From contig NC_086108.1 in assembly GCF_963921235.1 (NCBI RefSeq), positions 2,046,001 through 2,110,000 on the forward strand: a stretch of DNA of 64,000 nt, in the 5' to 3' direction. The position numbers and the translations under genes are program-made. Below the pieces are notes generated by a model. That model saw only the letters and a program-made list of their open reading frames with translations, was not told where the DNA came from and ran no database searches. Positions 26,801 to 39,469 of this stretch are shown here, in pieces (positions within the stretch are counted from its first letter, which is position 1; every line of letters starts with the position of its first letter). The DNA is from Mobula hypostoma (lineage: Eukaryota).

Positions 26801-29580
26801 TTGGTCACGGGTAGAGATGACGGAGTGTTGGTCATGGGTAGAGATGACGGAGAGTTGGTCATGGGTAGAGACGAGGGGAGTTGGTCATGGGTAGAGATGA
26901 GGGAGAGTTGTTCATGGGTAGAGACGAGGGAGAGTTGGTCACTGGTAGAGACAAGGGAGAGTTGGTCATGGGTAGAGACGAGGGAGAGTTGGTAACGGGT
27001 AGAGACGAGGGAGAGTTGGTAACGGGTAGAGACGAGGGAGAGTTGGTCACGGGTAGAGACGAGGGAGAGTTGTTCGTGGGTAGAGACGAGGGAGAGTTGG
27101 TAACGGGTAGAGACCAGGGAGAGTTGGTCATGGGTAGAGACGAGGGGTGTTGGTCACGGGTAGAGATGACGGAGTGTTGGTCATGGGTAGAGATGACGGA
27201 GAGTTGGTCATGGGTAGAGACGAGGGGAGTTGGTCATGGGTAGAGATGAGGGAGAGTTGTTCATGGGTAGAGACGAGGGAGAGTTGGTCACTGGTAGAGA
27301 CGAGGGAGAGTTGGTCATGGGTAGAGACGAGGGAGAGTTGGTAACGGGTAGAGACGAGGGAGAGTTGGTCACGGGTAGAGACGAGGGAGAGTTGTTCGTG
27401 GGTAGAGACGAGGGAGAGTTGGTAACGGGTAGAGACCAGGGAGAGTTGGTCATGGGTAGAGACGAGGGGTGTTGGTCACGGGTAGAGACGAGGGAGATTT
27501 GTTCACGGGTAGAGGCGAGCGAGAGTTGATCACGGGTAGAGACGAGGGAGAGTGGGTCACGGGTAGAGACGAGGGTGAGTTGTTCACGGGTAGAGACGAG
27601 GGGAGTTGGTCATGGGTAGAGACGAAGGGAGTTGGTCACGGGTAGAGATGAGGGGGAGTTGGTCATGGGTAGAGATGATGGAGAGTTGGTCACGGGTAGA
27701 GACGAGGAGAGTTGGTCATGGGTAGAGACGAAGGGAGTTGGTCACCGTTAGAGACGAGGGGGAGTTGGTCACGGGTAGAGACGAGGGGAGTTGGTCACGG
27801 TTAAAGATGAGAGGGAGTTGGTCACGGGTAGAGACGAAGGGGAGTTGGTCACGGGTAGAGACGAGGGGAGTTGGTCATGGGTAGAGATGACGGAGAGTTG
27901 GTCATGGGTAGAGACGAGGGGAGTTGGTCATGGGTAGAGTTGACGGAGAGTTGGTCACGGGTAGAGACGAGGGGCGTTGGTCACGGGTAGAGACGAGGGA
28001 GAGTTGGTCATTGGTAGAGACGAGGGGAGTTGGTCACGGGTAGAGACGAGGGGAGTTGGTCACGGGGAGAGACGAGGGGGAGTTGGTCACGGGGAGAGAC
28101 GAGGGGAGTTGGTCACGGGTAGAGACGAGGGGAGTTGGTCACGGGTAGAGACGAGGGAGAGTTGCTCAAGGGTAGAGACGAGGGAGAGTTGGTCACGGGT
28201 AGAGACGAGGGGAGTTGGTCACGGGTAGAGACGAGGGGGAGTTGGTCACGGGTAAAGACGAGGGGGAGTTGGTCACGGGTAGAGAGGAAGGAGAGTTGGT
28301 CACGGGTAGAGATGATGGAGTGTTGGTCACGGGTAGAGACGAGGGGAGTTGGTCATGGGTAGAGACGAAGGGAGTTGGTCACGGGTAGAGATGAGGGGGA
28401 GTTGGTCATGGGTAGAGATGAGGGGGAGTTGGTTACGGGTAGAGACGAGGGGAGTTGCTCACGTGTAAAGATGAGAGGTAGTTGGTCACGGGTAGAGACG
28501 AGGGGAGTTGGTCACGGGTAGAGACGAGGGGAGTTGGTCACGGGTAGAGATGAGGGAGAGTTGGTCATTGGTAGAGATGAGGGGAGTTGGTCATGCGTAG
28601 AGATGAGGGGAGTTTGTCACGGGTAGAGACAAGGGGAGTTGGTCACGGGTAGAGAAGAGGGAGAGTTGGTCACGGGTAGAGACGAGGGAGAGTTGGTCAC
28701 GGGTAGAGACGGGGGGAGTTGGTCACGGGTAGAGATGACGGAGTGTTGGTCATGGGTAGAGATGACGGAGAGTTGGTCATGGGTAGAGACGAGGGGAGTT
28801 GGTCATGGGTAGAGATGAGGGAGAGTTGTTCATGGGTAGAGACGAGGGAGAGTTGGTCACTGGTAGAGACAAGGGAGAGTTGGTCATGGGTAGAGACGAG
28901 GGAGAGTTGGTAACGGGTAGAGACGAGGGAGAGTTGGTAACGGGTAGAGACGAGGGAGAGTTGGTCACGGGTAGAGACGAGGGAGAGTTGTTCGTGGGTA
29001 GAGACGAGGGAGAGTTGGTAACGGTTAGAGACCAGGGAGAGTTGGTCATGGGTAGAGACGAGGGGTGTTGGTCACGGGTAGAGACGAGGGAGATTTGTTC
29101 ACGGGTAGAGGCAAGGGAGAGTTGGTCACGGGTAGAGACGAGGGAGAGTGGGTCACGGGTAGAGACGAGGGTGAGTTGTTCACGGGTAGAGACGAGGGGA
29201 GTTGGTCATGGGTAGAGACGAAGGGAGTTGGTCACGGGTAGAGTTGAGGGGGAGTTGGTCATGGGTAGAGATGAGGGGGAGTTGGTTATGGGTAGAGACG
29301 AGGGGAGTTGGTCACATGTAAAGATGAGAGGTAGTTGGTCACGGGTAGAGACGAGGGGAGTTGGTCACGGGTAGAGACGAGGGGAGTTGGTCATGGGTAG
29401 AGATGAGGGGAGTTTGTCACGGGTAGAGACAAGGGGAGTTGGTCACGGGCAGAGAAGAGGGAGAGTTGGTCACGGGTAGAGACGAGGGAGAGTGGGTCAC
29501 GGGTAGAGAGGAGGGAGAGCTGTTCACGGGTAGAGACAACGGGAGTTGGTCATGGGTAGAGACGAAGGGAGTTGGTCACG
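23000..29580 (+). repeat. Higher-order tandem duplication, period about 3303 then 3276 bp
   Basis: The rare variant CACCGTTAG at 24440/27743 and ORFs 23578/26881 give 3303. The B marker at 25184/28460 and ORFs 25523/28799 give 3276, which is one 27-mer less. Confidence 0.88.
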
Positions 29581-29739
29581 GGTAGAGACGAGGGAGAGTT
29601 GGTCACGGGTAGAGACGAGGGGGAGTTGGTCACGGGTAGAGACGAGGGGGAGTTGGTCACGGGTAGAGAGGAGGGAGAGTTGGTCACGGGTAGAGATGAT
29701 GGAGTGTTGGTCACGGGTAGAGACGAGGGGAGTTGGTCA

Positions 29740-32700
29740 TGGGTAGAGACGAAGGGAGTTGGTCACGGGTAGAGATGAGGGGGAGTTGGTCACGGGTAGA
29801 GACGAGGGGAGTTTGTCACGGGTAGAGACAAGGGGAGTTGGTCACGGGTAGAGAAGAGGGAGAGTTGTTCACGGGTAGAGACGGGGGGAGTTGGTCATGG
29901 GTAGAGATGACGGAGTGTTGGTCATGGGTAGAGATGACGGAGAGTTGGTCATGGGTAGAGACGAGGGGAGTTGGTCATGGGTAGAGATGAGGGAGAGTTG
30001 TTCATGGATAGAGACGAGGGACAGTTGGTCACTGGTAGAGACGAGGGAGAGTTGGTCACGGGTAGAGACGAGGGAGAGTTGGTAACGGGTAGAGACGAGG
30101 GAGAGTTGGTCACGGGTAGAGACGAGGGGTGTTGGTCACGGGTAGAGACGAGGGAGATTTGTTCACGGGTAGAGCCGAGGGAGAGTTGGTCACGGGTAGA
30201 GACGAGGGAGAGTGGGTCACGGGTAGAGAGGAGGGTGAGTTGTTCACGGGTAGAGACGAGGGGTGTTGGTCATGGGTAGAGACGAAGGGAGTTGGTCACG
30301 GGTAGAGATGAGGGGGAGTTGGTCATGGGTAGTGATGAGGGGGAGTTGGTTACGGGTAGAGACGAGGGGAGTTGGTCACGTGTAAAGATGAGAGGTAGTT
30401 GGTCACGGGTAGAGATGAGGGGAGTTGGTCACGGGTAGAGACGAGGGGAGTTGGTCACGGGTAGAGATGAGGGAGAGTTGGTCATTGGTAGAGATGAGGG
30501 GAGTTGGTCATGCGTAGAGACGAGGGGAGTTTGTCACGGGTAGAGACAAGGGGAGTTGGTCACGGGTAGAGAAGAGGGAGAGTTGGTCACGGGTAGAGAC
30601 GACGGAGGGTTGGTCACGGGTAGAGACGGGGGGAGTTGGTCATGGGTAGAGATGACGGAGTGTTGGTCATGGGTAGAGATGACGGAGAGTTGGTCATGGG
30701 TAGAGACGAGGGGACTTGGTCATGGGTAGAGATGAGGGAGAGATGTTCATGGGTAGAGACGAAGGAGAGTTGGTCACTGGTAGAGACGAGGGAGAGTTGG
30801 TCACGGGTAGAGATGACGGAGTGTTGGTCATGGGTAGAGATGACGGAGTGTTGGTCATGGGTAGAGACGAGGGGAGTTTGTCATGGGTAGAGATGAGGGA
30901 GAGTTGTTCATGGGTAGAGACGAGGGAGAGTTGGTCACTGGTAGAGACAAGGGAGAGTTGGTCATGGGTAGAGACGAGGAAGAGTTGGTAACGGGTAGAG
31001 ACGAGGGAGAGTTGGTAACGGGTAGAGACGAGGGAGAGTTGGTCACGGGTAGAGACGAGGGAGAGTTGTTCGTGGGTAGAGACGAGGGAGAGTTGGTAAC
31101 GGGTAGAGACCAGGGAGTGTTGGTCATGGGTAGAGACGAGGGGTGTTGGTCACGGGTAGAGACGAGGGAGATTTGTTCACGGGTAGAGGCAAGGGAGAGT
31201 TGGTCACGGGTAGAGACGAGGGAGAGTGGGTCACGGGTAGAGACGAGGGTGAGTTGTTCACGGGTAGAGACGAGGGGAGTTGGTCATGGGTAGAGACGAA
31301 GGGAGTTGGTCACGGGTAGAGTTGAGGGGGAGTTGGTCATGGGTAGAGATGAGGGGGAGTTGGTTATGGGTAGAGACGAGGGGAGTTGGTCACATGTAAA
31401 GATGAGAGGTAGTTGGTCACGGGTAGAGACGAGGGGAGTTGGTCACGTGTAGAGACGAGGGGAGTTGGTCATGGGTAGAGATGAGGGGAGTTTGTCACGG
31501 GTAGAGACAAGGGGAGTTGGTCACGGGCAGAGAAGAGGGAGAGTTGGTCACGGGTAGAGACGAGGGAGAGTGGGTCACGGGTAGAGAGGAGGGAGAGCTG
31601 TTCACGGGTAGAGACAACGGGAGTTGGTCATGGGTAGAGACGAAGGGAGTTGGTCACGGGTAGAGACGAGGGAGAGTTGGTCACGGGTAGAGACGAGGGA
31701 GAGTTGGTCACGGGTAGAGACGAGGGGGAGTTGGTCACGGGTAGAGACGAGGGGGAGTTGGTCACGGGTAGAGAGGAGGGAGAGTTGGTCACGGGTAGAG
31801 ATGATGGAGTGTTGGTCACGGGTAGAGACGAGGGGAGTTGGTCATGGGTAGAGACGAAGGGAGTTGGTCACGGGTAGAGATGAGGGGGAGTTGGTCATGG
31901 GAAGAGATGAAGGGGAGTTGGTTACGGGTAGAGACGAGGGGAGTTGCTCACTTGTAAAGATGAGAGGTAGTTGGTCACGGGTAGAGACGAGGGGAGTTGG
32001 TCACGGGTAGAGACGAAGGGAGTTGGTCACGGGTAGAGATGAGGGGGAGTTGGTCACGGGTAGAGACGAGGGGAGTTTGTCACGGGTAGAGACAAGGGGA
32101 GTTGGTCACGGGTAGAGAAGAGGGAGAGTTGTTCACGGGTAGAGACGGGGGGAGTTGGTCATGGGTAGAGATGACGGAGTGTTGGTCATGGGTAGAGATG
32201 ACGGAGAGTTGGTCATGGGTAGAGACGAGGGGAGTTGGTCATGGGTAGAGATGAGGGAGAGTTGTTCATGGATAGAGACGAGGGAGAGTTGGTCACTGGT
32301 AGAGACGAGGGAGAGTTGGTCACGGGTAGAGACGAGGGAGAGTTGGTAACGGGTAGAGACGAGGGAGAGTTGGTCACGGGTAGAGACGAGGGGTGTTGGT
32401 CACGGGTAGAGACGAGGGAGATTTGTTCACGGGTAGAGCCGAGGGAGAGTTGGTCACGGGTAGAGACGAGGGAGAGTGGGTCACGGGTAGAGAGGAGGGT
32501 GAGTTGTTCACGGGTAGAGACGAGGGGTGTTGGTCATGGGTAGAGACGAAGGGAGTTGGTCACGGGTAGAGATGAGGGGGAGTTGGTCATGGGTAGTGAT
32601 GAGGGGGAGTTGGTTACGGGTAGAGACGAGGGGAGTTGGTCACGTGTAAAGATGAGAGGAAGTTGGTCACGGGTAGAGATGAGGGGAGTTGGTCACGGGT

Positions 32701-34280
32701 AGAGACGAGGGGAGTTGGTCACGGGTAGAGATGAGGGAGAGTTGGTCATTGGTAGAGATGAGGGGAGTTGGTCATGCGTAGAGACGAGGGGAGTTTGTCA
32801 CGGGTAGAGACAAGGGGAGTTGGTCACGGGTAGAGAAGAGGGAGAGTTGGTCACGGGTAGAGACGACGGAGGGTTGGTCACGGGTAGAGACGGGGGGAGT
32901 TGGTCATGGGTAGAGATGACGGAGTGTTGGTCATGGGTAGAGATGACGGAGAGTTGGTCATGGGTAGAGACGAGGGGACTTGGTCATGGGTAGAGATGAG
33001 GGAGAGATGTTCATGGGTAGAGACGAAGGAGAGTTGGTCACTGGTAGAGACGAGGGAGAGTTGGTCACGGGTAGAGATGACGGAGTGTTGGTCATGGGTA
33101 GAGATGACGGAGAGTTGGTCATGGGTAGAGACGAGGGGAGTTTGTCATGGGTAGAGATGAGGGAGAGTTGTTCATGGGTAGAGACGAGGGAGAGTTGGTC
33201 ACTGGTAGAGACAAGGGAGAGTTGGTCATGGGTAGAGACGAGGAAGAGTTGGTAACGGGTAGAGACGAGGGAGAGTTGGTAACGGGTAGAGACGAGGGAG
33301 AGTTGGTCACGGGTAGAGACGAGGGAGAGTTGTTCGTGGGTAGAGACGAGGGAGAGTTGGTAACGGGTAGAGACCAGGGAGAGTTGGTCATGGGTAGAGA
33401 CGAGGGGTGTTGGTCACGGGTAGAGACGAGGGAGATTTGTTCACGGGTAGAGGCAAGGGAGAGTTGGTCACGGGTAGAGACGAGGGAGAGTGGGTCACGG
33501 GTAGAGACGAGGGTGAGTTGTTCACGGGTAGAGACGAGGGGAGTTGGTCATGGGTAGAGACGAAGGGAGTTGGTCACGGGTAGAGTTGAGGGGGAGTTGG
33601 TCATGGGTAGAGATGAGGGGGAGTTGGTTATGGGTAGAGACGAGGGGAGTTGGTCACATGTAAAGATGAGAGGTAGTTGGTCACGGGTAGAGACGAGGGG
33701 AGTTGGTCACGTGTAGAGACGAGGGGAGTTGGTCATGGGTAGAGATGAGGGGAGTTTGTCACGGGTAGAGACAAGGGGAGTTGGTCACGGGCAGAGAAGA
33801 GGGAGAGTTGGTCACGGGTAGAGACGAGGGAGAGTGGGTCACGGGTAGAGAGGAGGGAGAGCTGTTCACGGGTAGAGACAACGGGAGTTGGTCATGGGTA
33901 GAGACGAAGGGAGTTGGTCACGGGTAGAGACGAGGGAGAGTTGGTCACGGGTAGAGACGAGGGAGAGTTGGTCACGGGTAGAGACGAGGGGGAGTTGGTC
34001 ACGGGTAGAGACGAGGGGGAGTTGGTCACGGGTAGAGAGGAGGGAGAGTTGGTCACGGGTAGAGATGATGGAGTGTTGGTCACGGGTAGAGACGAGGGGA
34101 GTTGGTCATGGGTAGAGACGAAGGGAGTTGGTCACGGGTAGAGATGAGGGGGAGTTGGTCATGGGTAGAGATGAAGGGGAGTTGGTTACGGGTAGAGACG
34201 AGGGGAGTTGCTCACTTGTAAAGATGAGAGGTAGTTGGTCACGGGTAGAGACGAGGGGAGTTGGTCACGGGTAGAGACGA
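29740..34280 (+). repeat. Higher-order tandem duplication, period 2264 bp
   Basis: ORF pairs 29891/32155, 30636/32900, 30883/33147 and 31624/33888, and the variant CACTTGTAAAG at 31949/34213, are all 2264 apart. Confidence 0.9.
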
Positions 34281-37200
34281 GGGGAGTTGGTCACGGGTAG
34301 AGATGAGGGAGAGTTGGTCATTGCTAGAGATGAGGGGAGTTGGTCATGCGTAGAGATGAGGGGAGTTTGTCACGGGTAGAGACATGGGGAGTTGGTCACG
34401 GGTAGAGAAGAGGGAGATTGGTCACGGGTAGAGACGAGGGAGAGTTGGTCACGGGTAGAGACGAGGGGAGTTTGTCACGGGTAGAGACAAGGGGAGTTGG
34501 TCACGGGTAGAGAAGAGGGAGAGTTGGTCACGGGTAGAGACGGGGGGAGTTGGTCATGGGTAGAGATGACGGAGTGTTGGTCATGGGTAGAGATGACGGA
34601 GAGTTGGTCATGGGTAGAGACGAGGGGAGTTGGTCATGGGTAGAGATGAGGGAGAGTTGTTCATGGGTAGAGACGAGGGAGAGTTGGTCACTGGTAGAGA
34701 CGAGGGAGAGTTGGTCACGGGTAGAGATGAGGGAGAGTTGGTAACGGGTAGAGACGAGGGAGAGTTGGTCACGGGTAGAGACGAGGGGTGTTGGTCACGG
34801 GTAGAGACGAGGGAGATTTGTTCACGGGTAGAGCCGAGGGAGAGTTGGTCACGGGTAGAGACGAGGGAGAGAGGGTCACGGGTAGAGAGGAGGGTGAGTT
34901 GTTCACGGGTAGAGACGAGGGGTGTTGGTCATGGGTAGAGACGAAGGGAGTTGGTCACGGGTAGAGATGAGGGGGAGTTGGTCATGGGTAGTGATGAGGG
35001 GGAGATGGTTACGGGTAGAGACGAGGGGAGTTGGTCACGTGTAAAGATGAGAGGTAGTTGGTCACGGGTAGAGATGAGGGGAGTTGGTCACGGGTAGAGA
35101 CGAGGGGAGTTGGTCACGGGTAGAGATGAGGGAGAGTTGGTCATTGGTAGAGATGAGGGGAGTTGGTCATGCGTAGAGACGAGGGGAGTTTGTCACGGGT
35201 AGAGACAAGGGGAGTTGGTCACGGGTAGAGAAGAGGGAGAGTTGGTCACGGGTAGAGACGACGGAGGGTTGGTCACGGGTAGAGACGGGGGGAGTTGGTC
35301 ATGGGTAGAGATGATGGAGTGTTGGTCATGGGTAGAGATGACGGAGAGTTGGTCATGGGTAGAGACGAGGGGACTTGGTCATGGGTAGAGATGAGGGAGA
35401 GATGTTCATGGGTAGAGACGAAGGAGAGTTGGTCACTGGTAGAGACGAGGGAGAGTTGGTCACGGGTAGAGACGAGGGAGAGTTGGTAACGGGTAGAGAC
35501 GAGGGGAGTTGGTCACGGGTAGAGACGAGGAAGAGTTGGTAACGGGTAGAGACGAAGGGAGTTGGTCACGGGTAGAGACGAGGGGAGTTGGTCACGGGCA
35601 GAGACGAGGGGAGTTTGTCACGGGTAGAGACGAGGGGGAGTTGTTCATGGGTAGAGACGAGGGGGAGTTGGTCATGGGTAGAGATGATGGAGAGTTGGTC
35701 ACAGGAGGAGACGAGGAGAGTTGGTCATGGGTAGAGACGAGGGAAATTTGGTTACGGGTAGAGACGAGGGGAGTTGGTCACGGGGAGAGACGAGGGGGAG
35801 TTGGTCACGGGGAGAGACGAGGGGAGTTGGTCACGGGTAGAGACGAGGGAGAGTTGCTCATGGGTAGAGACGAGGGAGAGTTGGTCACGGGTAGAGACGA
35901 GGGGAGTTGGTCACGGGTAGAGACGAGGGGGAGTTGGTTACGGGTAGAGATGAGGGGCAGTTGGTCACGGGTAGAGAGGAGGGAGAGTTGGTCACGGGTA
36001 GAGATGATGGAGTGTTGGTCACGGGTAGAGACGAAGGGAGTTGGTCATGGGTAGAGACGAAGGGAGTTGGTCACAAGTAGAGATGAGGGGGAGTTGGTCA
36101 TGGGTAGAGATGAGGGGGAGTTGGTTACGGGTAGAGACGAGGGGAGTTGGTCACGTGTAAAGATGAGAGGTAGTTGGTCACGGGTAGAGACGAGGGGAGT
36201 TGGTCACGGGTAGAGACGAGGGGAGTTGGTCACGGGTAGAGATGAGGGAGAGTTGGTCATTGGTAGAGATGAGGGGAGTTGGTCATGCGTAGAGATGAGG
36301 GGAGTTTGTCACGGGTAGAGACAAGGGGAGTTGGTCACGGGTAGAGAAGATGGAGAGTTGGTCACGGGTAGAGACGAGGGAGAGTTGGTCACGGGTAGAG
36401 ACGGGGGGAGTTGGTCATGGGTAGAGATGACGGAGTGTTGGTCATGGGTAGAGATGACGGAGAGTTGGTCATGGGTAGAGACGAGGGGAGTTGGTCATGG
36501 GTAGAGATGAGGGAGAGTTGTTCATGGGTAGAGACGAGGGAGAGTTGGTCACTGGTAGAGACGAGGGAGAGTTGGTCACGGGTAGAGACGAGGGAGAGTT
36601 GTTCGTGGGTAGAGACGAGGGAGAGTTGGTAACGGGTAGAGACCAGGGAGAGTTGGTTATGGGTAGAGACGAGGGGTGTTGGTCACGGGTAGAGACGAGG
36701 GAGATTTTTTCACGGGTAGAGGCGAGGGAGAGTTCGTGACGGGTAGAGACGAGGGAGAGTGGGTAACGGGTAGAGACGAGGGTGAGTTGTTCACGGGTAG
36801 AGACGAGAGGAGTTGGTCATGGGTAGAGACGAAGGGAGTTGGTCACGGGTAGAGATGAGGGGGAGTTGGTCATGGGTAGTGATGAGGGGGAGTTGGTTAC
36901 GGGTAGAGACGAGGGGAGTTGGTCACGTGTAAAGATGAGAGGTAGTTGGTCACGAGTAGAGACGAGGGGAGTTGGTCACGGGTAGAGACGAGGGGAGTTG
37001 CTCACGGGTAGAGATGAGGGAGAGTTGGTCATTGGTAGAGATGAGGGGAGTTGGTCATGCGTAGAGACGAGGGGAGTTTGTCACGGGTAGAGACAAGGGG
37101 AGTTGGTCACGGGTAGAGAAGAGGGAGAGTTGGTCACGGGTAGAGACGAGGGAGAGTTGGTCACGGGTAGAGACGGGGGGAGTTGGTCATGGGTAGAGAT

Positions 37201-39469
37201 GACGGAGTGTTGGTCATGGGTAGAGATGACGGAGAGTTGGTCATGGGTCGAGACGAGGGGAGTTGGTCATGGGTAGAGATGAGGGAGAGTTGTTCATGGG
37301 TAGAGACGAGGGAGAGTTGGTCACTGGTAGAGATGAGGGAGAGTTGGTCACGGGTAGAGACGAGGGAGAGTTGGTAACGGGTAGAGACGAGGGGAGTTGG
37401 TCACGGGTAGAGACGAGGGGAGTTGGTCACGGGTCGAGACGACGGGGAGTTGGTCACGGGTAGAGACGAGGTGGAGTTGGTCACGGGTAGAGATGATGGA
37501 GAGTTGGTCACGGGTAGAGACGAGGGGAGTTGGTCACGGGTAGAGACGACGGAGAGTTGGTCACGGGTAGAGACGAGGCGAGTTGGTCACGGGTAGAGAC
37601 GAGGGGGAGTTGGTCACGGGTAGAGAGGAGGGAGAGTTGGTCATTGGTCGAGACGAGGGTTGTTGGTCACGCGTAGAAACGAGGGGAGTTGGTCACGGGT
37701 AGATACGAGTGGAGTTGGTCACGGGTAGAGACGATTGGAGTTGGTCACGGTTAGACACGCGGGAGGGTTGGTCACGGGTAGAGACGAGTGGCGTTCGTTA
37801 CGCGTAGAGATGAGGGGAGTTGGTCACGGATAGAGACGAGGGGAGTTGTTCTCGGGTAGAGTCGAGGGGAGTTGTTCACGGGTAGAGACGAGGGGAGCTG
37901 TTAACGGGTAGAAACGAGGGGAGTTGGTCACGGGTAGAGACGAGGGAAAGTTGGTCACGGGTAGAGACGAGTGGAGTTGGTCACGGGGAGAGACGAGGGG
38001 GAGTTGGTCACGGGGAGAGACGAGTGGAGTTGGTCACGGGTAGAGACGAGGGGAGTTCGTCACGGGTAGAGACGAGGGAGAGTTGGTCACGGGTAGAGAC
38101 GAGGGAGAGTTGGTCACAGGTAGAGACGAGGGGAGTTGGTCACGGGTAGAGACGAGGGGAGTTGGTCACGGGTAGAGAGGAGGGAGAGTTGGTCACGGGT
38201 AGAGATGATGGAGTGTTGGTCACGGTTAGAGACGAGGGGAGTTGGTCATGGGTAGAGACGAAGGGAGTTGGTCACGGGTAGAGATGAGGGGGAGTTGGTC
38301 ATGGGTAGAGATGAGGGGGAGTTGGTTACGGGTAGAGACGAGGGGAGTTGCTCACGTGTAAAGATGAGAGGTAGTTGGTCACGGGTAGAGACGAGGGGAG
38401 TTGGTCACGGGTAGAGACGAGGGGAGTTGGTCACGGGTAGAGATGAGGGAGAGTTGGTCATTGGTAGAGATGAGGGGAGTTGGTCATGCGTAGAGATGAG
38501 GGGAGTTTGTCACGGGTAGAGACAAGGGGAGTTGGTCACGGGTAGAGAAGAGGAAGAGTTGGTCACGGGTAGAGACGAGGGAGAGTTGGTCACGGGTAGA
38601 GACGAGGGAGAGTTGGTAACGGGTAGAGACGAGGGAGAGTTGGTCACGGGTAGAGACGAGGGGTGTTGGTCACGGGTAGAGACGAGGGCGATTTGTTCAC
38701 GGGTAGAGGCGAGGGAGAGTTGGTCACGGGTAGAGACGAGGGAGAGTAGGTCACGGGTTGAGAGGAGGGTGAGTTGTTCACGGGTAGAGGCGAGGGAGAG
38801 TTGGTCACGGGTTGAGACGAGGGAGAGTGGGTCACGGGTAGAGAGGAGGGTGAGTTGTTCACGGGTAGAGACGAGGGGAGTTGGTCATGGGTAGAGATGA
38901 AGGGTGTTGGTCACGGGTAGAGATGAGGGGGAGTTGGTCATGGGTAGTGATGAGGGGGAGTTGGTTATGGGTAGAGACGAGGGGAGTTGGTCACGTGTAA
39001 AGATGAGAGGTAGTTGGTCACGGGTAGAGACGAGGGGAGTTGGTCACGGGTAGAGACGATGGCAGTTGGTCACGAGTCGAGACGAGGGCGAGTTGGTCAT
39101 AGGTAGAGACGAGGGGTGTTTGTCACGCGTAGAGACGAGGGGAGTTGGTCACGGGTAGAGCCGAGTGGAGTTGGTCACGGGTAGAGACGAGGGAGAGTTC
39201 GTCACGGGTAGAGACGAGTGGCGTTCATCACGCGTAGCGACGAGGGGAGTTGGTCACGGATAGAGGCAAGGGGAGTTGCTCTCGGGTAGAGTCGAGGGGA
39301 GTTGTTCACGGGTGGAGACGAGGGGAGTTGTTAATGGGTAGAGACGAGGGGAGTTGGTCACGGGTAGAGATGAGGGAAATTTGGTCAGGGGTAGAGACGA
39401 GGGGAGTTGGTCACGGGGAGAGACGAGGGGGAGTTGGTCACGGGGAGAGACCAGGGGAGTTGGTCACGG

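Larger units (their letters stand above)
4200..39050 (+). repeat. Sub-family B block, rich in 27-mers and CATG/GATG variants, built from nested higher-order duplications; boundaries approximate
   Basis: The marker CAC(G/A/T)TGTAAAGATGAGAGGTAG recurs at about 4533, 5250, 7719, 9741, 12665, 17338, 18933, 19786, 20396, 21566, 23240, 25184, 26037, 26541, 28460, 29313, 30377, 31391, 31949, 32641, 33655, 34213, 35036, 36152, 36924, 38353 and 38992. The A marker is not seen between 3941 and 37789. Confidence 0.8.
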
